Below are positions 10,965 through 17,628 of a stretch of 24,668 nt of DNA, in pieces. The position numbers and the translations under genes were made by a program. The notes under the pieces were generated by a model that had not been told where the DNA came from, did no database searches, and saw only the letters and a list, made by a program, of their open reading frames with translations. Source of the DNA: Prasinococcaceae sp. CCMP 1430. Taxonomy: Eukaryota > Plantae > Prasinodermophyta. The stretch is from NCBI GenBank assembly GCA_013416795.1, contig RQSC01001236.1, forward strand, positions 30,474 to 55,141, written 5' to 3'. The first letter of the stretch is position 1, and the number at the start of each line of letters is the position of its first letter.

Positions 10965-11803
10965 ATGGAGTCACAAGATGCTGCGACATCACAGTCCGCT
11001 GCTACCATCGCGAGCTTCTGTGCCAAGTTCGGCGGCGTGCTGGGCTTGCCTTCGCGCGCGTCGAGTGCCCTCGTACTCATGCGTGTCCCAAAGCTCCGTG
11101 CAGAGTTGGCGCACGTGGCTGTGGCCAAGTGCTGCCCTTTGACTGCGTGGTGGGGCGAGGTCGACTTCTCCGAGAACATTGGCGCGAGGTGGGCAGAGGC
11201 GGCTGACGTTGCCTGGCCGGAGGTCATGCGCAGGCTGCTGCTGTGCCGCCCGCTGGCGGGAAGGCAGATGGATGCGGCATCTCAGGCCGCATGCGGCATG
11301 GGCGACACGTACTGGTGCGCCCGGGCAGCGCGCGTGTCGAGGGTGGCCTCGCACCTCAGCGCCCAAAGCTGGCACGAGCTGGATGCGGGCGATCAGCTGG
11401 CTGCAATTGAGGCCATTGTTGACGAGCTGGTCGACACTGCTGAGGTGCGAGAGGCAATCCGCTCGCGGGCGGAGGAGCTGGCAGAGAAAGAGATTGCGTG
11501 GCGGAAAGCTGAGCGCGAGTCGCAGCGAATGATCAAGGAGGCGGCAGCTGCAGCGCGCGATGAGATGCTCGAAAAGCTCAGCGCGGAGGCCGACGACGAC
11601 GCAGAAGCTGAAGCCGCGGAAGCCGTCGCGCAAGCTGGTGCTCAGGGTGCGGACGCCGCCGACGCCCTCGCGCGCCAGCGTGCAGCCAAGGCTGTGTGCG
11701 CCGCCAAGGCAAGCAAGGCCGGCGAGATCCGCAAGCACGTGTCTGAGGCCATCGAAGCCATCAAGGCCGAAATGGCCGACGAGAACAAGGAGCGGCGGCA
11801 GGA
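10965..11803 (+). CDS. Fragment of a DDT/WHIM1-type chromatin protein followed by a charged coiled coil; 3' end cut at N 11804, 5' end uncertain
   Basis: WPEVMRR and LSAQSWHELDAGDQLAAIEAIVDELVDTAEVREAIRSRAEE resemble WHIM1, followed by an EK/R-rich helix. Visibly more A/T-ending codons than neighbouring genes. Confidence 0.55.
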
Positions 11804-11804
11804 N

Positions 11805-12810
11805 GCGCGCGCCGCGAGCGCCGAAGCCGCCGCCGCCGCTGCCTCGGGCGCGAAGGGCGCGTGCGGCGCCCCCGCGCGCCACTCGAGGGCGTGCTCGAGC
11901 CACGCGACCACCATCCGGTTGTTCACGCCGGAGCGCGGGAGCTCGGCCAGCGTGCCGCCCAGGTCGTCGATTTGCGCGTACGCGTAGTGGCGGTCCTTCG
12001 CCACCGTCTCCTCGGCGACCGCCACCAGGCGCCTCACCTCGATCGCGCCGGGTGGCGGGGGGGGGGAGGGGGATGAGGACGGGTGAGGGTCGTTCGTTGT
12101 TCCGTCCGTGGCGGCCGTGGCGTCGGCAGCGACGTCTAGCGCAGGCGCAGGAGCCCGCTCCGCCTCGGGGAGCCCCTGCGCGCGGGGCAGCGCCCATCCG
12201 AGGAGCACGTAGGGCTTGATGTACCGTCCGTCCGCCATCATGCGGGTCTCGTCCTCGTACCACCTGTTGTGCGGGGGGGGCGGGATAATAAAGGCGAGAC
12301 GGCGAAAGGCGAGACGGCGAAAGGCGAGACGGCGAAAGGCGAGACGGCGCGTCAGCGCGCAAGCGCGCGCGCGGGGGTGGCGCTCGCGCGCACTACGGCG
12401 CGCGCGCGCCATCGCCCGCACCTCTCGAACTTGACGAAGCCCTCCGGCCAGCGCGGGCTGGCCGCGTTGAGCTCCTTCGCCCGCGCCACCAGCTCCGCGA
12501 CGCTGTCGATGTGCGGCAGCGCCTCCCGCGCGCGCGCGCCGCGCCGCGAGCGCGACGCGCGCGCGCCTCTGCGCTGCGAGGGCGCCTGGTGCACCTCGAC
12601 CGGCCTGCCCGCGACGATGGCGGCGAGGTACTCCTCCACGAGCCGCGTCGACGAGCACGCGAGGCTCGGCGCCCCCGGCACGTCGCCGGTGGACTTGTAG
12701 GCGTAGTGCTTGTTGCCCGTCGGGTCGACGCCCACGGCCGCCAGCGTCTCCGCGCCGGCCTCGTCGGTGACGAAGAACATGCGCACCTTGGTGCCCGGCG
12801 CCCACGCCAT
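11805..12810 (-). CDS. Hypothetical protein with two copies of a short domain; complement(join(<11805..12263,12422..12810)); 3' end cut at N 11804
   Basis: ATG 12810 after a pyrimidine-rich 5' region. Phase-2 intron GTGCGG(12421)..ACAACAG(12264) gives KFERWYED. Repeats LAAVGVD..KHYAY..LVEEYL and LVAVAEE..RHYAY..MVVAWL. Confidence 0.65.
12290..12349. repeat. 15-bp tandem repeat x4 (AAAGGCGAGACGGCG) inside an intron
   Basis: Four exact units, located on the - strand between the CTGAC branch-like site and the 3' splice site. Confidence 0.95.
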
Positions 12811-12985
12811 GGAGCCCGCGGCGGCGCGCGCGGCCGCCACCCTGGCGGGGGAGGTCGTGGGGTCGTCGTGCGAGGAAGGAAGGGAGGCGGAATGGGGGGT
12901 GCGCGCGCCCGCGCCGTCGCACGCGTCGGCGCCCGCGCCCTGCGCGCCGCCGAGGCCGCCGCCGGCCTCGCCGCTCAGCCTGCAG

Positions 12986-13551
12986 ATGTCGGGCGCGGTG
13001 TCGCGCTTCGCGCTGGGGCTGCTCACCACGCTCTATCACGTGCGTCGCGCAGAAGCCGCCCCGATGCTGCTGGCTCTGTGTGTGTACACGCGTGTGTACT
13101 TGTGCGTGCGTGCGTGTGCGTGTGCATGTGCGTGTGCATGTGCGCGGTAGTGTCGTTGCGCGCCTCCGTCCGCTCGGTACGCGCGCAATCGCGTCGCGTC
13201 GCGCGCGCGCTCGCTCGCGCGCTGACGCACACGCGCATGCGCGCGCGGGCTCGCGTCCGTACTCGTGGGCGTGTGCGTCTGCGCGCGCGCGTGCGTACGT
13301 GTGTGCGGCTGCAGGCGTGGCTGTTGCACTTTTACTCCGCGCTCGCGCTGCGCGAGTCCGTGCTCCTCTCCAACGGATCGCACATCCGCGCGTGGTGGAT
13401 CCGCCACCACTTCTTCTTCATCGGCCTCTCGCTGGTGATGCTCACCTGCTCGTATGCCAGCGAGCCCTGCCGCGCCTTCATGCAGCGCTTCAACGTGTGG
13501 GCGTGCTTCCAGGGGCTCATAATGCTGCTGCAGAACCGCTACCAGCGGCAG
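12986..13551 (+). CDS. TMEM120: TMEM120/TMPIT family membrane protein, central part; join(12986..13039,13315..13551,...); 3' end cut at N 13616
   Basis: LYHAWLLHFYSALALRESVLLSNGSHIRAWWIRHH and QGLIMLLQNRYQRQ are TMEM120 hallmarks. Donors GTGCGT (13040) and GTGCGC (13552), acceptor CTGCAG (13314). Confidence 0.87.
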
Positions 13552-13616
13552 GTGCGCGCGCGCACGCGCGCGTGCGCGCATGTATGCGTCTCTATGTGCG
13601 CGCGCGTGTGTGCGCN

Positions 13617-13761
13617 CTCAGCCAGACGACTTGTACCAGCAGATGCTCAGCCAGACGACTTGTACCAGCAGATGCTCAGCCAGACGACTTGTACCAGCAG
13701 ATGCTCAGCCAGACGACTTGTACCAGCAGATGCTCAGCCAGACGACTTGTACCAGCAGATG
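13617..13761. repeat. Perfect 29-bp tandem repeat x5 (CTCAGCCAGACGACTTGTACCAGCAGATG), flush with an N
   Basis: Five identical units starting at 13617, 13646, 13675, 13704 and 13733; no spacers. Confidence 0.95.
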
Positions 13762-14220
13762 CGGGGCGCGAAGTGCTCGCCGGCATGGACGCCCGGGACG
13801 GCTTCCGGGGTTGCCCAGTACGCGAGGAGGACCGGCGCCTGGCCGATGCGGTTGCGCGCCTGCTCGATCCGAGCGCAAAGGTGACCATCGCACGACACGC
13901 GCTTGTTCATCGACAACGCGGACGACTTCAAATCCGCATTCAACGCTATGGCCCGCGGCATCAAGCTGCTCAAGCACGCCATCAAGCCTCCGTGCGGCCA
14001 AGGCACGCGCTGAATATGTTATTAACAACAACCTCCAAAGCGAGACGCCCATCAACGACCCCGACAAGGAGGACGAGCTCGTCCCTAAGGCTGCACCGCG
14101 AAAGTCCAAGTTTCGAGGTGTGCACTACAAGTTGAAGCGCGACACAATGCGCACGACAATGACACCGTCCAGCATACAAATATGCCGCGGCGCGCACCAC
14201 GAGGAGCCTTCCGCGATCCA
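13762..14220 (+). pseudogene. Degenerate, frameshifted coding-like segment, possibly a mobile-element remnant with an AP2-like start motif
   Basis: Protein-like stretches in shifting frames (LFIDNADDFKSAFNAMARGIKLLKHAIK; EYVINNNLQSETPINDPDKEDELVPKAAPRKSKFRGVHY). Lower GC than host genes. Confidence 0.3.
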
Positions 14221-14391
14221 CGGGATGCCTTCCGTCGTTTTCGAAAGCCGCTCAGGTTCGATCGCTCCTTCCTTTTCGCGGAACTGCGCGCGCGAATCGC
14301 GCCCGAAATCACGCGGTCGCCGCGCGCGCGCGCGCGACCTGGTTCCTCGCCCGACGACCCCGGTGGTCCAATCGAATGACCATGTAGGCAC

Positions 14392-14418
14392 CCGGGTTGT
14401 GCCCCAGCCACAACCCGG
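14392..14418. other. Perfect 10-bp stem, 7-nt loop hairpin
   Basis: CCGGGTTGTG (14392-14401) / CACAACCCGG (14409-14418). Confidence 0.8.
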
Positions 14419-14563
14419 CGACCCTGGTGTGGCAAATATAAACCCTATATCGTCTTCCAACGCGCACTGTACCTTAATTAAACCCCTAACCCGCACGGCG
14501 CACGCACGCGGCCGCTCCAAAGGGGATTCGAAGTTCGAACGCGTCGGGCGCGCGCGTGGCGCT

Positions 14564-14567
14564 GGGG

Positions 14568-14602
<35 letters not shown>

Positions 14603-14621
14603 GGGGGGAGGAGGGGGGGGG
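14564..14621. repeat. Poly-G tract upstream of the 14701 gene
   Basis: About 58 nt, almost entirely G. Confidence 0.9.
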
Positions 14622-14700
14622 CTGCGCGTGGCGCCACGGGCTCCAGGAGGCGTCACACACCGCACGGGTCGGGTGGGGCGGCCGCGCGCCGGCGGGCGGC

Positions 14701-15505
14701 ATGGAGGGCCAGGTGGAGTACGCCGAGCGGCGGAGGCGGCTCAAGCGCGTGCGCGATGCCCTCGACAAGGCAGCCGCGCGCGCCGACAAGCTGCGCGCGG
14801 CGAGGGAGGAGCTCGTCAAGGCGGTGGAGGACGCGGCGTCGTTCGAGGTGCGCGCGCCGCGCCGCCGTGCGCACGCGAATGCGGGTGCTCGCCCGCGCCT
14901 GCTCGCGCCTGCTCACGCCCCTCTCGCGCCGACCCGACCCAACACAGCTCGAGGCCGGCCGACGCCCAGGCGACGGCGCCGCGCTCGACGCGGTCGGGCT
15001 CGCGCTGCGCCAGGGCAACGCGGCGGTGGGCGGGATGGTCAGGACGTGGCAGGCGAGCGTGGACGCCTCCAAGGTGCGCGAGCGAGGGCGCCCGAGCGCG
15101 CGTGGCGGCGAGCGCGCGACTCCATCGGCGCTGACGACCCCGTCTCCCCCCTCTGCCGTTCCCTGCCTCGTCATCCCCCCGCCCCCTCCCTCCCTTCGCC
15201 CGCTGTTGTGTGGCAAAGGAGGCCTTCCCGACGACGCTGCCCAAGGACTCGCGCCCCGACGACGCGGGGTCCTTCCTGGCGCTGCTGTCGCCGGCAATCA
15301 AGGTGCGCGAGATGGATCGAGCGAGCTGGGTGCGAGCCACCCTCAGCATCGCGCGCTCGCCGACGCGCTCGCTGACCCGCGCGCTCTTCAGGCGGAGCTC
15401 GCCGCGCACGCGCAGGCGACCGCCGACATGCAGACCGCGCACCGCGCGCTGCACGCCGACGGCGCGCCCGGCACATCGCGGCCCGCGAGGAGGAGCTCGC
15501 GCTGA
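14701..15505 (+). CDS. Hypothetical coiled-coil protein, ~156 aa; join(14701..14847,14948..15073,15219..15302,15392..15505)
   Basis: Three phase-0 GTGCGC..AG introns join helical exons (MEGQVEYAERRRRLKRVRDALDKAAARADKL...). No family recognised, and the last exon may carry a frameshift. Confidence 0.65.
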
Positions 15506-15565
15506 GGACGGGCGTGCGGCTCGTCGAGGCCGTACTGTACACTCTGCTACTGTACACCACCGCCA

Positions 15566-15952
15566 TCAGTGCTCGCGCTCGAGCTTGGCGCGCTGCGGCG
15601 GCGCCTCCTCCTCCTCCTGCCGCTGCGCCGAGTCGGCCGCGTCGCGGCCGCCCGCTCGCCGCTTGGGCGACGGCGCCGCGCTGAAGAAGCCGCGGATGTC
15701 GGCGCCCGCGCGCGTGGGCTTGGGCGGCGTGTACGGCGCGCAGGCCTCGCTCGGGGGAATGGCATTTGGAGGGATTGTTGATCGCCGGGCTGACCGTGTG
15801 GGAGGTGAGGCCCTCCGCAGTGCCGCGCGTCCGGCGGGCGAACACGTCGGGCCGGTCGCCGCGCCGCAGCCACTCCCTGGCGGCCGCCTCGCCGCGCAGG
15901 ACGACGGGCTGCCGGTCGTGCAGCCACGCGAGCCCCTCGGCGGGCGCCGTCG
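15566..15952 (-). pseudogene. SRAP/HMCES abasic-site processing protein, C-terminal fragment, with a frameshift near 15750
   Basis: TAPAEGLAWLHDRQPVVL..EWL..HTVSPAINN (SRAP HDRxP motif), continuing in another frame as ACAPY..DIRGFFSAAPSPKR to TGA 15566. Upstream coding sequence is replaced by unrelated DNA beyond ~15953. Confidence 0.8.
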
Positions 15953-16099
15953 CGCGACAGGTACTGTCCTGGACACGTGAGAATTTTTTTGGACGGCGAT
16001 AAATTTTTCCGATCGAAAAATGCGGGGGCACAAAACAGTTAGGGTCGCTCGGCGAAAATAAGGGTTTATAAATGACTCGTCGTAGCTGTCGGGGTGGGC

Positions 16100-16238
16100 G
16101 CCGCCACATTTGGCGCTTGAAACCCACCTTCCTCACAACCTCGATGAGCTCGTCGCGGGTCTTCTTGCCCAAGTCCTTGAGCGCAGGGGCCTTGAGGCGC
16201 ACGTGGTATGGGGCCTTGTCCATCACGACGACGGCCAT
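16100..16238 (-). mobile_element. Possible IS630/Tc1-mariner (DDE_3) transposase remnant
   Basis: VVVMDKAPYH resembles the xIVMDNAxYH second-Asp motif, followed by a K/R-rich helix (KKTRDELIEVVRK). No other catalytic residues or TIRs seen. Confidence 0.35.
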
Positions 16239-16444
16239 TGCGCCGATGGCGGTGGTACGCCGCGTACTACAGCGCTTCGAGTTCGCGACAAGTCGCACTT
16301 GGCCCGCCTGTGGGCATGCGCGTCCAGGGCGAAGAGGTGAGCATGCGTGTGTATGTGCGGGCCGTGATGTGACGCGATGGCGAGCCTGATGTGACAGTTG
16401 CGTATCTATACTGACTTTTTGATGCGATCGTCGCACCGCACCTC

Positions 16445-16551
16445 GATCCGTTGGTTTAGTTATTTGAAAGGGCTCTGGCCCTTTTTAACTAGAAGGTTAT
16501 AACGTCCGCCTAACAAGCGGAAGGCCGGCAGTTCGACTCTGCCATGGATTA
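16445..16551 (+). tRNA. trnV-AAC: tRNA-Val(AAC) with a 33-nt intron (16462..16494) in the D-loop at position 17/18
   Basis: Acceptor GATCCGT/ATGGATT, D-arm GTTT-AGTT|GGTTA-TAAC after splicing, anticodon arm TCCGC-CTAACAA-GCGGA, variable AGGCC, T-arm GGCAG-TTCGACT-CTGCC, discriminator A73. The intron ends form a BHB motif. Confidence 0.9.
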
Positions 16552-16579
16552 GCAGTTCAAAAGCCGTGTGCGGGCTTCC

Positions 16580-16588
16580 TTTTTTTTT
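16580..16588 (+). terminator. RNA polymerase III terminator (T9)
   Basis: Nine Ts starting 29 nt after the tRNA 3' end. Confidence 0.75.
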
Positions 16589-16685
16589 GTTGCCCTTGTT
16601 GCATCTTTGTTTTTGCCCGTAACGCTTGCCGCCGCGCATGGGCGCCCCCTCCCCCCCCCACCACCACCCCCTCCGCCCTCCCCCA

Positions 16686-16892
16686 CCTGGTGCAAGAAAA
16701 TAAAACCCAGCACACCCTAATCCGCCGACCTGGTCCCCTAATCCGTCGGCCCTGCAGCGTCCATCGACCCCGGTACCCGCATCCGTCGACCCTGGTGCGG
16801 AAAAAAATTAAAACCCAGCACACCCTAATCCGTCGGCCCTGGTGCCCTAATCCGTCGGCCTTGGTGCGTCCGCCGACCCTGGTGCGCTAATC
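16686..16892. repeat. Degenerate ~22-bp minisatellite (CCCTAATCCGTCGGCCCTGGTG) with higher-order duplication
   Basis: About 7 variant units. TAAAACCCAGCACACCCTAATCCG is repeated exactly at 16701-16724 and 16809-16832. Confidence 0.85.
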
Positions 16893-17137
16893 AGTGGGTA
16901 AATGACTGTCAGAAGTAACCACGGGAGAGCAGATACATAAATGGCTGGACATCAAACGTGACCACGGGAGACTAGATGAGGACAACACTATGTGGCATTA
17001 TCCGATGTAATCCACGTATCATCACACACCACCCTCGACCGAACCTCTAGACTAGTCTGTTCGTAAACATTCGGGGGTTACGTCCGAACTTACCACGAAG
17101 TGAAGATGTAATGAAGATGCAATCCATCTATCATCAT

Positions 17138-17275
17138 AAGCCGCGGCGCCTGAGGCCCGGCGGCGACGACGGGAGTGTCGCATACGTCGCCGCGGTCGTG
17201 GACAATAAGGTGCAGGAGACAACGGGGGCTTGCGACGAGACGCCCGAGCCCACGTTCACTATCCTCACGACGCCG
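17138..17275 (+). pseudogene. SRAP/HMCES internal fragment, inverted relative to the C-terminal fragment
   Basis: KPRRLRPGGDDGSVAYVAAVVD...PTFTILTT is the segment that precedes xxxLxWLHDR in SRAP proteins. It ends where the - strand fragment begins. Confidence 0.65.
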
Positions 17276-17341
17276 TTTTTTTCCTTCGGGCGTGTGCCGA
17301 AAACTTGACGATTAGGTACCGTCTCAGCTTGACGGCCGGAA
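17276..17341. repeat. Exact mirror (reversed, not complemented) copy of 16521..16586 (tRNA 3' half, trailer and T-run)
   Basis: Read right to left, the + strand gives AAGGCCGGCAGTTCGACTCTGCCATGGATTAGCAGTTCAAAAGCCGTGTGCGGGCTTCCTTTTTTT, identical to 16521-16586. Confidence 0.97.
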
Positions 17342-17527
17342 CCGCTTGTTAGGCGGACGTTATAACCTTCTAGTTAAAAAGGGCCAGAGCCCTTTCAAAT
17401 AACTAAACCAACGGATCGAGGTGCGGTGCGACGATCGCATCAAAAAGTCAGTATAGATACGCAACTGTCACATCAGGCTCGCCATCGCGTCACATCACGG
17501 CCCGCACATACACACGCATGCTCACCT
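17342..17527 (-). repeat. Exact 186-bp inverted repeat of 16335..16520, carrying the tRNA-Val upstream region and 5' half (through position 42, intron included)
   Basis: Base-by-base reverse-complement identity over 186 nt; arms are 821 nt apart. Confidence 0.97.
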
Positions 17528-17583
17528 GAAGCGGGACCTGCGCGTACGGGTGTCCGCCCGGTTCACGCTGAACAGCGCTTGAG
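17528..17583. repeat. Exact mirror (reversed, not complemented) copy of 16279..16334
   Basis: GAAGCGGGACCTGCGCGTACGGGTGTCCGCCCGGTTCACGCTGAACAGCGCTTGAG equals 16334 to 16279 read backwards. Confidence 0.97.
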
Positions 17584-17628
17584 ACGTGGCGCCGACTGCA
17601 AATCTGAAATCCCCGCCGCGCGTGCGTT

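Noticed and set aside
13617-13761. CRISPR array
   Set aside because: The units are head-to-tail with no spacers, there are no cas genes, and the context is eukaryotic.
14392-14428. Helitron 3' end (hairpin plus CTRR)
   Set aside because: There are only 5 nt between the hairpin and CTGG, and no 5' TC end or Rep/helicase sequence is identifiable; kept only as part of a low-confidence finding.
14526-14540. Heat-shock element in TTCGAAGTTCGAA
   Set aside because: The spacing does not fit nGAAnnTTCn.
12986-15505. Permuted TMEM120, with the 14701 coiled-coil gene as its N-terminus
   Set aside because: The similarity (GSFLALLSPAIKV vs GxFLxMFLGPINV) is short, and the 14701 gene has its own plausible last exon that is not TMEM120-like.
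15566-16033. MCPR.. as the SRAP N-terminal MCGR motif
   Set aside because: There is no ATG there and no room for the ~150-aa N-terminal domain before the C-terminal motifs; the match is coincidental.
16904-16912. Small mirror palindrome GACTGTCAG
   Set aside because: At 9 nt it is expected by chance.
16445-17527. Permuted or trans-spliced tRNA from the two copies
   Set aside because: The left copy already contains both halves in normal order; the right copy adds only a duplicate 5' half.
16335-17527. TIR transposon or Introner bounded by the 186-bp inverted repeats
   Set aside because: There is no target-site duplication and no internal transposase. The arms are a tRNA locus, and homology continues outward as mirror sequence, so these are not element termini.
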